A DNA stretch of 64,000 bases from Alphaproteobacteria bacterium (GCA_016297965.1 JAEDDP010000001.1:139347-203346); one strand, 5' to 3'; shown: positions 51,538 through 60,207, counted from the stretch's first letter. Notes: a model not told the origin generated them from the sequence alone. Numbers and translations are program-made.

Positions 51538-51543
51538 GCATAT

Positions 51544-51610
51544 CAACTAATGGGATAACTGTATCCTGTTTGGTTATTGTCTCTCTTTCATTTCTTGAAA
51601 GAGTTTTTTT
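51544..51610 (+). ncRNA. Candidate ~65-nt sRNA at the edge of the phage-derived island
   Basis: Starts ~7 nt after the promoter above; internal hairpin ggataactgtatcc; ends in intrinsic terminator ctctttcatttcttgaaagag + T7; no ORF. Confidence 0.35.
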
Positions 51611-51628
51611 ATATTAAAAACAGAAAGA

Positions 51629-51922
51629 ATGGAAATAAATATGGAAACAATCAATTTATCCTGGTGGATAAGTGTTGTTGAAATTCCATTATTTGTAGGG
51701 GCATTCTGGCTTCTTAAAAATAATATATCGTCTTTGGATTGTGCAGTGAAGGATGTTGAGGCAAAAACGAAAAAAGACACAATTGATTTAATTGAAAGTC
51801 TTGCGTCTTTTCGTGTGGATGTTGCTATGAATTATGCGTCCATTTCCTGTTTAAAAGATGTGGAAAATCGGCTAACGGCTCATCTGTTAAGGATTGAGGA
51901 AAAAATTTCAGGGGGAAAATAG
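51629..51922 (+). CDS. Membrane-anchored coiled-coil protein (i-spanin-like topology), part of the putative lysis cassette
   Basis: 97 aa; single N-terminal TM followed by a charged helical region; position immediately upstream of the endolysin-like gene. Confidence 0.35.
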   Translation: MEINMETINLSWWISVVEIPLFVGAFWLLKNNISSLDCAVKDVEAKTKKDTIDLIESLASFRVDVAMNYASISCLKDVENRLTAHLLRIEEKISGGK

Positions 51923-51924
51923 TA

Positions 51925-52368
51925 ATGATAGTTGAAAACAGAGAAAAATTTATTAAACAGTTAAAGTTAAGCTCTAATGTTATAAAATTTATTTTTGCAA
52001 AAAGTTTATTTTCATTGGGTGAAATGGTTTCCGAAAAATTACTTTTTGCGGTGGCATCGGTTGTGATGAACCGCTTTGTGTATGAGGCGGAAATTTCGGA
52101 TACCCAACCTGATATTATTAAAATTTTGACTTCAACTTCATTATTTCCTGAATGGAAAAATACAAAATATATGGATGGAATAGATGTTTCATCAAACAGG
52201 TTTAAAAAATGTTTTGGTGTTGGTGTTTTGGCATTGTCCGGAAAATTAAAGGATAGTGCAAGGCAATCTATTGCATTTATGAAAAAAGGAAAAAGTTCAT
52301 TGTGGGCAGATGGGCTTTTGCCATGTTTAGTTATTGATGACTATGCTTTTTATAATAATTGTGCCTAA
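51925..52368 (+). CDS. SleB/CwlJ-family (Hydrolase_2) cell-wall hydrolase, probable phage endolysin
   Basis: AVASVVMNRF...LFPEW resembles the conserved AVxxVVxNRV...FP core of the Hydrolase_2 family used by alphaproteobacterial phages and GTAs. Confidence 0.45.
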   Translation: MIVENREKFIKQLKLSSNVIKFIFAKSLFSLGEMVSEKLLFAVASVVMNRFVYEAEISDTQPDIIKILTSTSLFPEWKNTKYMDGIDVSSNRFKKCFGVGVLALSGKLKDSARQSIAFMKKGKSSLWADGLLPCLVIDDYAFYNNCA

Positions 52369-52385
52369 AAAAATAATATGGAGGT

Positions 52386-52610
52386 TTGTGTATGAATATA
52401 ATTACAGGTGGATTTTTAAGTGGTAAGAAAACTTTGATTACCGCGATTGTAAGCCTTATATCCTGTGTTGCGGCATATCTTGTTGGCGATGTGGGTTTGG
52501 TTGATTTGATTCAGGTTATCGTGCCTTTGTTTGGTGTGATTTTTATGGGACGAGAGATTTCAGAAAATCTTAAATCAGATTTGGAAAAACTTAATTCTAA
52601 AAAAAAATAG
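52386..52610 (+). CDS. Holin-like small membrane protein
   Basis: 74 aa, two TM helices and a charged C-terminal tail, adjacent to the endolysin-like gene. Confidence 0.4.
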   Translation: MCMNIITGGFLSGKKTLITAIVSLISCVAAYLVGDVGLVDLIQVIVPLFGVIFMGREISENLKSDLEKLNSKKK

Positions 52611-52732
52611 GACGGTTTTATTTGTTGGGATTTTTAAGGCTGGTATTTAAAAGACGACATTTCAAATATCTTTTGATACTTGATTTGTTTGATTGGATAA
52701 AAAATAAATTTGTTAAAAAGGGGTAATGTATT

Positions 52733-53326
52733 ATGGATAATCAAAAAGTAAAGGTAAATCTTTTGGGTGAAGAAAATGGTAATGGTACAGATGTTCTTGA
52801 TTTGGCACTTAAAACTAATGGTGCGGAAAAGGAATATAATATCATTCTTCATAACAGATTTTTGACTATTGATAAAGAGGTAAATAAAAGGTTAAGGTCT
52901 GCGGGATTTACCAATGAACAGGCACAACTTGTTTACGATTTGGCAGGTGAAATTATGATACCAAAGATTCAAGAAGTGGTTGAAGAATTTCGTGCATATC
53001 GCGAGCTTGCAAAATTGGAAAATTATTTTGGTGGTGAAGAACGTTTTGATGAAATATCAAGACAGATTTCTATGTGGGCGGAAAAAAATGTTCCACCGGA
53101 AATTTATCAATCTTTGAACTCTTCTTTTTATGGTGTGATTGCATTGTATAATATGATGACTTCCAATGAACCAAAAGTTATGGCAAAGTCTGGGGAAACA
53201 CAGGAAGTTATCACCGAGAAAAAATTGAAAGAGATGATGCAAGATCCAAAATATTGGAGAGATGGTGATAAGGATTTTATTAAAAAAGTTGATGACGGTT
53301 TTAAATTTTTATATGGTGATGAATAA
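52733..53326 (+). CDS. T7 gp9-like capsid scaffolding protein
   Basis: Acidic helical 197-aa protein; C-terminus MMQDPKYWRDGDKDFIKKVDDGF parallels the T7 gp9 C-terminus AMSDPRYRTDANYRRQVEQKVIDSNF; located upstream of the capsid gene. Confidence 0.6.
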   Translation: MDNQKVKVNLLGEENGNGTDVLDLALKTNGAEKEYNIILHNRFLTIDKEVNKRLRSAGFTNEQAQLVYDLAGEIMIPKIQEVVEEFRAYRELAKLENYFGGEERFDEISRQISMWAEKNVPPEIYQSLNSSFYGVIALYNMMTSNEPKVMAKSGETQEVITEKKLKEMMQDPKYWRDGDKDFIKKVDDGFKFLYGDE

Positions 53327-53437
53327 AATTTTTATTAAAAAAAATTGAAAAAATTTTATTTTTTTATATTTTGCTGTTGCAGTATTGCTTTTTGTGTGGT
53401 ATATTGTATCTGTCTTTTGTTTAATAAGGAGAGAGAT

Positions 53438-53902
53438 ATGTTTAAAAGTATAATTAAAAGAGCTTCTAAACCAACCGCAAAAAAGGTTGCCGTAAAATCA
53501 GAAGAAAAAAAAGTTGTTGCTAAAAAAACAACAGTTGCAAAAAAGCCAGTAGCTAAAAAAGTTGCAGTTAAAAAAACAGCAGTTGCAAAGAAACCAGTTG
53601 CTAAAAAAGTAACAGTTAAAAAAGCGACAGTTGCAAAGAAACCAGTTGCTAAAAAAGTTGCAGTTAAAAAAACAACAGTTGCAAAGAAACCAGTTGCTAA
53701 AAAAGTGACAGTTAAAAAGGCAACAGTTGCAAAGAAACCAGTTGCTAAAAAAGTAACAGTTAAGAAAGCAACAGTTGCAAAGAAACCAGTTGCTAAAAAA
53801 GTAACAGTTAAAAAAATCGTTGTAAAGAAAGCTTCTGTTAAGGTTGCATCAGTTAAAAAAGCTGTGAAACCTGTTGCAAAAAAAAAAGTAGCAAAGAAGT
53901 AG
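53438..53902 (+). CDS. Histone H1 / Hc1-like lysine-rich repeat protein
   Basis: SD aaggagag before ATG; about six tandem 16-aa repeats KKPVAKKV(T/A)VKK(A/T)TVA encoded by 48-bp DNA repeats. Confidence 0.65.
   Translation: MFKSIIKRASKPTAKKVAVKSEEKKVVAKKTTVAKKPVAKKVAVKKTAVAKKPVAKKVTVKKATVAKKPVAKKVAVKKTTVAKKPVAKKVTVKKATVAKKPVAKKVTVKKATVAKKPVAKKVTVKKIVVKKASVKVASVKKAVKPVAKKKVAKK
53515..53830 (+). repeat. 48-bp tandem coding repeats (about 6 copies) inside the H1-like gene
   Basis: gttgcaaagaaaccagttgctaaaaaagt(a/g)acagttaaaaaagc(g/a)aca recurring with a 48-bp period. Confidence 0.8.
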
Positions 53903-53910
53903 AAGTTTCT

Positions 53911-54471
53911 TTGGTAGTTTCTAATCCTAACAAGGATAAGAAAGAGGTTGGTGAAAATAAGAAAACATCCTTTTTCGGTTCTTTGTTAGGATTTTTTTAT
54001 AATCATACAAAGGGAATTATAAAAACAATTTTAATACTTTCAGTATTGGTTGCATTTACAACTTCGTTTATGAAAGAATTAGAAGTGTATGCGGATATGC
54101 GTTTTGCAATGAATCCTATTGAAATTATTTTTATTGGTTTTGTTGATGCTGTTTTTAATCTTGTAAAATACTTTATACCTTTCCTTTTTGTATGCTTGAT
54201 TATTAAATTTATTATGATTAAATCTAGGAAGTTAAAGGTTGAATACATATTTAACAGACAATTTAAAATGCAAATCTTGATTGCCTTTTTGCTTTCGTTT
54301 GCATTTGCAGTTTTGTTTTATACTGATGTGTTGGCGATTGCCACATATTCACCACAACTTGTGAAATCATCGGTTGATATTTTTATGTTGTCATTCTTTT
54401 CAATACTTTTGACATTTACATCTTTGTTTGGTTTGTTGGATGGTGTTGATACCGTGATTTCAAAGAAATAG
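53911..54471 (+). CDS. Hypothetical polytopic membrane protein (moron between scaffold and capsid genes)
   Basis: 186 aa, 4 predicted TM helices. Confidence 0.45.
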   Translation: MVVSNPNKDKKEVGENKKTSFFGSLLGFFYNHTKGIIKTILILSVLVAFTTSFMKELEVYADMRFAMNPIEIIFIGFVDAVFNLVKYFIPFLFVCLIIKFIMIKSRKLKVEYIFNRQFKMQILIAFLLSFAFAVLFYTDVLAIATYSPQLVKSSVDIFMLSFFSILLTFTSLFGLLDGVDTVISKK

Positions 54472-54583
54472 TTAAGTTCTGGATTAAATTATACTTTTGT
54501 CCGTCCCTTTTTGGGGCGGATTTTTTTTATGGGCGAAGTTAAATTTGCCCTTTTCGTTTAATTAAAATATAGGAGATTTATAT

Positions 54584-55414
54584 ATGTCAGTTTCTATTGA
54601 TAAAGTGTTTATAAAACAATTTGAAGCGGATGTTCATCTTGCTTTTCAACAAATGGGAACAAAACTTCGTTCCACAGTTAGAACAAAAAATGATGTGAAG
54701 GGAAGTTCAACTACATTCCAAAAAATTGGAAAGGGTATTGCCAGTGTGAAGGCAAGACATGGACTTGTTCCTGTTATGAATTTGGATCATACACCGGTTG
54801 AATGTGTATTGACAGATTATTATGCGGGTGATTGGGTTGATGAACTTGATGAATTAAAAACAAATGTTGATGAACGTCGTGTTGTTGCATCTGCCGGTGC
54901 GTATGCCCTTGGTCGCAAAAGTGATGAACTTATCATTGCAGAATTAAACAAGGCAACAAATTCAGTTCAGACATCATCAGCGGGTCTTACAAAATTAAAG
55001 ATTTTTGAGGCATTGGAATTTTTGAATGCAAATGATGTGCCAGATGATGGTCAAAGATTTGGTGTTGTTGGTGTTCATCAATGGAACGAACTTTTAAGTA
55101 TGGATGAATTTTCAAAGGCAAGTTATGTCGGCGATACCTATCCTTTACTTAAAGGTACAGAATCAAGAAAATGGATGGGCGTAAATTGGATTTTGCATAA
55201 TTCACTTCCATGCAGTGAAGGTGAAAGAAGTTGTTTCATTTATCATAAAAATGCGATTGGTCATGCATCTGGATGTGAAGTTAAAACAGATATTTCATGG
55301 CATGGTGAAAGGGCAGCTCACTTTATTTCAAATTGTATGAGTCAAGGAGCAACGCTTATTGATAATCAAGGAATTGTGAAAATTATGTGTGATGATGACG
55401 CGGTTATTGCCTAA
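54584..55414 (+). CDS. T7 gp10-like major capsid protein (short form)
   Basis: Pattern VFIKQFEADVHLAF...RSTVR...F......DELKTNVDERRVVASAGAYALGRKSDELIIAELN parallels T7 gp10A LFLKVFGGEVLTAF...RHMVR...DAMNHYDVRSEYTSQLGESLAMAADGAVLAEIA; follows the scaffold gene and precedes the gp11/gp12 homologs. Confidence 0.6.
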   Translation: MSVSIDKVFIKQFEADVHLAFQQMGTKLRSTVRTKNDVKGSSTTFQKIGKGIASVKARHGLVPVMNLDHTPVECVLTDYYAGDWVDELDELKTNVDERRVVASAGAYALGRKSDELIIAELNKATNSVQTSSAGLTKLKIFEALEFLNANDVPDDGQRFGVVGVHQWNELLSMDEFSKASYVGDTYPLLKGTESRKWMGVNWILHNSLPCSEGERSCFIYHKNAIGHASGCEVKTDISWHGERAAHFISNCMSQGATLIDNQGIVKIMCDDDAVIA

Positions 55415-55449
55415 AATAAAACAAAAATAAAAAAAGGAGAAAAAATATT

Positions 55450-55710
55450 ATGAGTATGAATTCAAAAAATTTGTCGGTTCTTGCCTATTCAAACGGTTTT
55501 ACATTTTGGCATTATAAAACAGAAGATGCAAAGGATGCGGTTGTTGCGGCGAATTATTTTAATGATGTTGCAAATATTTTTAATGTTGGTGATTTGATTG
55601 TGGCATCAATGGATATTGCAGGTACAATGACAACCGGAATGTTTGCGGTTACTTCAATTGCTTCTGGTGTTGTTTCAATTTCAAGTATTATTCCATCTGC
55701 AAGTGTGTAA
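55450..55710 (+). CDS. Small hypothetical virion-module protein
   Basis: 86-aa ORF with RBS between the capsid and gp11-like genes. Confidence 0.35.
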   Translation: MSMNSKNLSVLAYSNGFTFWHYKTEDAKDAVVAANYFNDVANIFNVGDLIVASMDIAGTMTTGMFAVTSIASGVVSISSIIPSASV

Positions 55711-55753
55711 ATAAAATAAATATCTTTTAATTTCAAGGTTCCATTTTTTTTGG

Positions 55754-56338
55754 GTGGAACCTTTTTTTAATGAGGAGAAAGAGATGAGTTTTTCAAGTAT
55801 AGATTTGTGTTCAAAGGCACTGAATAAAATTGGTGCGAATTCTATTGTTTCATTTGATGAGGGAACACCGGAGGCGGAAATATGTGGAAGTTTGTATTCT
55901 ACATTAAAGTATAAATTGCTTTCAATTTTTTCATGGGGGTTTGCAACATCAATTAAAAAACTTAATCAAGTTGTTGAAGAAGAGCAAAATGAGTATGGTT
56001 ATACATTTGCTTTGCCAAGTGATTTTATAAGGGCTTTGAAAATATCCTCAAATTCTCCTTATAAAATTTTGGGAAATTATTTATATTGTAATGATGAAGA
56101 GGTGGTATTGACCTATATTGCAAATGTTGGTGAGGAATATTTTTCACCACTTTTTGTATCGGCCTTTATTTATTTGATGGCGGCGGAATTGTCTGTATCA
56201 CTTCTTAACGATACATCAAAATATTCGTTGTTTTACAAATTGTTTAATTCGGAAATACGACAGGCAAAATCAATAGACAGTCAACAGGAAACACCAAAGG
56301 TTTTGGGCGATTTTCCGTTGATTTCAGCGAGAGGTTAG
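55754..56338 (+). CDS. T7 gp11-like tail tubular protein A
   Basis: ~190 aa (T7 gp11 is 196 aa); SIDLCSKALNKIGANSIVSFDEG...LLSIFSWGFA parallels T7 gp11 [20 protein letters not shown]...IQSRGWTF. Confidence 0.6.
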   Translation: MEPFFNEEKEMSFSSIDLCSKALNKIGANSIVSFDEGTPEAEICGSLYSTLKYKLLSIFSWGFATSIKKLNQVVEEEQNEYGYTFALPSDFIRALKISSNSPYKILGNYLYCNDEEVVLTYIANVGEEYFSPLFVSAFIYLMAAELSVSLLNDTSKYSLFYKLFNSEIRQAKSIDSQQETPKVLGDFPLISARG

Positions 56339-56348
56339 GTAGGTAATT

Positions 56349-58250
56349 ATGAAGCAAACTATGAGTATAAGTACTTTTAATTATGGTGAAATTTCATCTG
56401 GGCTTTTTGGTCGGGGAAATTTTGATGCATATAAAAGTGCGGCAATGAAGCTTATGAATATGGATGTTATTCCGACAGGTGGTATTGAACGACGGGATGG
56501 ACTTAGGTATGTTGATACCCTTTCATCAAGGGGAAAAATTGTTTCGTTTGAATATTCTTCGGATAAGGAGTTGATATTATTTTTTGGAAATAATGTTATT
56601 GATATTTATGAAGATGATGTGAAGGTTAAAAGCCTTGTTTCCCCATACAAAGTTGATGATTTGAAAAATATTTGTTGGTGTCAAAAGGCAAACCAGCTTT
56701 TTATCGTGCATCCGGATATTGAACCGCAAATTATAAAATATGATGCGTTGATGGATGAATGGAGTATTTTTCCGTGGGTGTATGCGACAAATGAAAAATT
56801 TGGATATTCTTGTCAACCGTTTAACAGGTTTGATGATACCGTTGGTATTTCAATTACTCCATCGGCAAAGACCGGAGAAATAACACTTAAATCCAGTGCA
56901 AAACTTTTTACCGCAAATTATGTTGGGGTAAGGTTGAATTTGGATGGTGGTGAGGTGCTTATAACCTCAATTGTATCGGATGTAAGTGCAAAGGCGACGG
57001 TAAAGTCAAATTTGACGGCTGTTACGGCGGATGCAAACTGGCAAGAACAGACTTTTTCCGCATTTCGTGGTTATCCAAAAAGTATTGCATTCCATCAAAA
57101 CAGATTGGTTATTGGTGGTTCAAAAAGTCTTCACAACAGATTGTGGCTTTCGTGTACGGGAAAGCTTTTGAATTTTGATTTGGGGACTGGGCTTGACGAT
57201 GAAGCAATAGAGTTTGATATTTTTTCGGATAAGGTTAATGAAATTGTTGGGGTATTTTCGGGACGACATTTACAGGTGTTTACATCGGATGCGGAATGGA
57301 TGGTGTCCGGTGTGCCACTTACTCCGTCAAATATTTCCGTTTCACAACAAACAAAAATTGGGTCCGTTTCGGACAGGTATATTCCACCAAAGTTGGTTGA
57401 AGGTTCAACAATATTTGTTGCAAGAAACAAGCGGGAAATTCGTGAATTTTTCTATGGTGATTTAACGGAAAATTATTCGTCGGAAGATTTGATTTTGCTT
57501 TCAAATCATCTTTTATGTTCGCCAATAGAACAAGATTACAGTATTAAAAAAAGGACGCTTTATGTTGTGCAAAATGATGGAACACTTGCTGTTTTGATTA
57601 TAAACAAGACCAACGGAATAAATGCATGGGTGCAATATCAAACGGACGGAAAATTTATTTCTGTTGCCGTGTTGGTTGATAAAGTTTATGCGATTGTTGA
57701 ACGAGATGGTACCTACTTTTTGGAAATTTTTGATGGGGATGTTTCATCGGATTGTTCATCAAAATATTGTTTTGAAAATGAGGTGGAAGAAATTGAAAAT
57801 CTTTCACGATTTAATGGAAAAGAGGTCGTTGTAAATGCGGATGGCTTTATTTATGAAATGGTTGTATCGGATGGTAAAATCAATTTGCCGAAACCTTCAA
57901 AAAATGTTGTTGTTGGTTTGTCCTTTACTCATTTGTATTGTCCTTTACCTGTGTTTATCAATTCAAGTTATTTGCCAAAGGCGGTACGATTATTAGAGTT
58001 GAACCTTCGGGTGATGGAAACTCCTCTTTTACAGGTGGATACCGGTGGCGGACTTAAAAACATAACGTTTTTGAATTTTGACAGTGGGAACAAGTTTGAT
58101 GAAAGTCTTCCTTGTTTTACCGGTGATTTAAAAATTCGTGGGTATGGATTTATACGAAATTATACAATACCACTTTTTAAAATACAGGGATGTAAACCGT
58201 ATAAATTAAAAATTTTGAATGTGTCAATGTTAATTGATGTAATAAGATGA
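56349..58250 (+). CDS. T7 gp12-like tail tubular protein B
   Basis: 633 aa; block AFHQNRLVIGGSKSLHNRLWLSCTGKLLNFD parallels T7 gp12 FFFRNRLGFLSGENIILSRTAKYFNFYP; N-terminal ISxxNxGEISxG pattern similar to gp12 SIKNLKGGISQQ. Confidence 0.6.
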   Translation: MKQTMSISTFNYGEISSGLFGRGNFDAYKSAAMKLMNMDVIPTGGIERRDGLRYVDTLSSRGKIVSFEYSSDKELILFFGNNVIDIYEDDVKVKSLVSPYKVDDLKNICWCQKANQLFIVHPDIEPQIIKYDALMDEWSIFPWVYATNEKFGYSCQPFNRFDDTVGISITPSAKTGEITLKSSAKLFTANYVGVRLNLDGGEVLITSIVSDVSAKATVKSNLTAVTADANWQEQTFSAFRGYPKSIAFHQNRLVIGGSKSLHNRLWLSCTGKLLNFDLGTGLDDEAIEFDIFSDKVNEIVGVFSGRHLQVFTSDAEWMVSGVPLTPSNISVSQQTKIGSVSDRYIPPKLVEGSTIFVARNKREIREFFYGDLTENYSSEDLILLSNHLLCSPIEQDYSIKKRTLYVVQNDGTLAVLIINKTNGINAWVQYQTDGKFISVAVLVDKVYAIVERDGTYFLEIFDGDVSSDCSSKYCFENEVEEIENLSRFNGKEVVVNADGFIYEMVVSDGKINLPKPSKNVVVGLSFTHLYCPLPVFINSSYLPKAVRLLELNLRVMETPLLQVDTGGGLKNITFLNFDSGNKFDESLPCFTGDLKIRGYGFIRNYTIPLFKIQGCKPYKLKILNVSMLIDVIR

Positions 58251-58263
58251 AAGGATTAAAAAA

Positions 58264-58683
58264 ATGGGTACAAGTGTGGCTGTGGCAAGTGTTATTGCCA
58301 AAACAGCATTGGATTACAAAGATGCAAAAGATGAAAAAAAACAACTTAAAAAAGAAAAAGAGTTGAAAGAAGCGGAAATAAAAAAGAAAAAGGAAATTTA
58401 CGAGCAGGAAAAAACAGACCTTTTGAAGGCAAAAATTGCATCAAAAAAGGCAAGTCTTGCCGCAAATGGACTTGGGACTACGGATGCTTCGTCGGCGGTG
58501 TTATTGGGAAGTATGGAAAAGGAGACCGATGAAGATATTGCAAACAATGAATATTTTTCGGATTTAAATCTTTCGGCAAATGAAATGAATTATAATTACA
58601 AGAAAAATAAAAACTTGCTTGCACGGCGAAAGATGGGACTTAATGCCATAAATTCCGCATCGGATGGGCTTAAATTGTTATAA
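58264..58683 (+). CDS. Small K/E-rich coiled-coil protein in the gp13 (internal virion protein A) position
   Basis: 139 aa (T7 gp13 is 138 aa); assignment by position and size only. Confidence 0.3.
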   Translation: MGTSVAVASVIAKTALDYKDAKDEKKQLKKEKELKEAEIKKKKEIYEQEKTDLLKAKIASKKASLAANGLGTTDASSAVLLGSMEKETDEDIANNEYFSDLNLSANEMNYNYKKNKNLLARRKMGLNAINSASDGLKLL

Positions 58684-58686
58684 AAA

Positions 58687-59286
58687 ATGAGCAGGAAATT
58701 AAGTTTTGAGAAATTTTTGATAAATTGGAATAAGGTTCAGGAGGTCAAAACTCCGGAACATCATTTGCGTATTGCAAGGTGGCTTGAAAATATTTATTCA
58801 TCCGAGACAAGGCGCGGGCTTTTGATGGCATTCCGTAGTAGTGGTAAATCAACAATTGTTGGAGTGTTTTGTGCGTGGCTTTTGTATAAAAATCCGAATA
58901 CGCGAATTTTGGTTGTGGCGGCGGATACTGTGTTGGCACGAAAGATGGTTAGGAATGTAAAGCGGATTATTGAAACGAATCCCTTGCTTTGTGATATTTG
59001 TCCGAAAAAGAAGACAGAGTGGGCGTCGGGAAGTTTTACCGTTGTTCGGGATAAGGAGCTTCGTGATCCGTCAATGCTTGCCGTTGGATTGATGTCAAAT
59101 GCCACGGGAAGCAGGGCGGATGTGATTATTTGCGACGATGTTGAGGTGCCAAAAAATTGTGATACATACCAAAAAAGAATCGATTTGAGGGAGAAATTGT
59201 TGGAATTTAACTTCATTTTGGTGCCGGATGGGATGCAAATTTTTATCGGAACTCCGCATACTTTGGATACTATTTACAAAGTTTAA
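58687..59286 (+). pseudogene. Truncated terminase large subunit (ATPase domain only, nuclease domain missing)
   Basis: Walker A SSGKST, Walker B ADVIICDDVE, coupling motif FIGTPHTLDTIY; 199 aa whereas intact TerL is ~450-600 aa; ORF ends just before the CU-rich hairpin elements and tRNA-Phe. Confidence 0.65.
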
Positions 59287-59370
59287 AGAAAAAAGTTGGG
59301 AATGAAGTGTTTGATTTTATGGGGAAAATATTCTTTGTTTGTACAAATAAAAATTTTTCACAAAAATATA

Positions 59371-59398
59371 TTGACAAATGAAATGAAATTTGTATAAT
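59371..59398 (+). promoter_or_regulatory. Consensus sigma-70 promoter (TTGACA - 16 nt - TATAAT) with A/T-rich upstream element
   Basis: ttgacaaatgaaatgaaatttgtataat. Confidence 0.5.
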
Positions 59399-59404
59399 GA
59401 AGTC

Positions 59405-59533
59405 AATTCGTTAATACGAAAAAGAAATTTGCCGAGACGACCCCTCATTTCGGCAAATCTGGTCAAAGGCCAGCAACCCCCTAAGTCATTCCCTCCTTAT
59501 TTTCTCTCTCTCCTCGACTTAGGGGATTTTTTT
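59405..59533 (+). ncRNA. Candidate ~130-nt sRNA with a CU-rich (anti-Shine-Dalgarno-like) terminator loop
   Basis: 5' hairpin ttgccgaga...ttcggcaa; terminal 10-bp stem cccctaagtc/gacttagggg enclosing loop attccctccttattttctctctctcctc; T8 run. Confidence 0.4.
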
Positions 59534-59839
59534 TATTTGTAAAATAAGTTTAAAAAAATGAATTTTTTGTTTGCTATTTTGTTTTTAAATTGGTAAAAAT
59601 ATTTTCGTTGTTTGAAAACATCAGAATCGATTCCTTTTTTAATGTAAAAGAATCGGTTTTTTGGTGGTTTTTTAATGGTGTTTTATGCTTGACAATCGTA
59701 TCTTTACAAAAGATTCTTTGAAAATGCAACTGTTTGAATTTACAGATGAATTTATATTTGTCTTTGTTAAATAAAGTTGCCAAAAAAATAAACACTTGAC
59801 TTTTTTTGTCAATGGTATTAAGAATCTTCGCATAAAGCA

Positions 59840-59943
59840 AATTTAATAGTTATGTTCTTTTAAGTTTGTTTGAAAGTTATTCCCTGTTGCGTTCCTTTTC
59901 TCTCCTTTCCTCCTTCTCTCCTCGCAACGGGGAATTTTTTTTA
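59840..59943 (+). ncRNA. Second CU-rich-loop hairpin element homologous to 59477-59533 (sRNA or terminator module)
   Basis: stem tccctgttgcg/cgcaacgggga enclosing loop ttccttttctctcctttcctccttctctcct; T8 run; weak upstream promoter-like TTGACT at 59796. Confidence 0.35.
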
Positions 59944-60000
59944 TCAAAAGTGTTAAAAAGTGCAAAAAAAATCCCCACATAAAGTGAGGATGAATTTTTA

Positions 60001-60076
60001 TGGTGGCGAGGGGCAGAATCGAACTGCCGACACAAGGATTTTCAGTCCTTTGCTCTACCAACTGAGCTACCTTGCC
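60001..60076 (-). tRNA. tRNA-Phe (anticodon GAA), CCA encoded
   Basis: minus-strand read ggcaaggtagctcagttggtagagcaaaggactgaaaatccttgtgtcggcagttcgattctgcccctcgccacca: cloverleaf with D-arm gctc/gagc, anticodon loop ctGAAaa, T-arm ggcag-ttcgatt-ctgcc, 3' CCA. Confidence 0.9.
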
Positions 60077-60207
60077 ACAAGATGTGTAAATTTATAACCT
60101 ATATTTTCACAAAACGCAACAAAAAAGTTTACTTTTTGTAATAATAGCTTGTTTTGATGACAAAATTATGGTATTATTGTACATATAGTTTTAGGAGAAA
60201 TTGGGAT

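Larger units (their letters stand above)
50246..59943. mobile_element. Degraded T7-like podovirus prophage remnant / mobile island abutting the 3' end of tRNA-Phe (left boundary uncertain)
   Basis: T7 gene order gp9-gp10-gp11-gp12-gp13 ... truncated gp19-like terminase; lysis cassette; TraT and H1-like morons; adjacent tRNA; missing portal, core, tail-fibre, DNA-replication and integrase genes. Confidence 0.6.

Noticed and set aside
53515-53830. Possible CRISPR array (regular 48-bp periodic repeats)
   Set aside because: Repeats are contiguous with no unique spacers, are in frame within a lysine-rich ORF with RBS, and no cas genes are present; no CRISPR array seen anywhere in the window
56349-58250. 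633-aa protein as phage portal
   Set aside because: Block similarity is to T7 gp12 (tail tubular B: FxxNRL...LS.T....NF), and its position after gp11-like fits tail tubular B rather than portal
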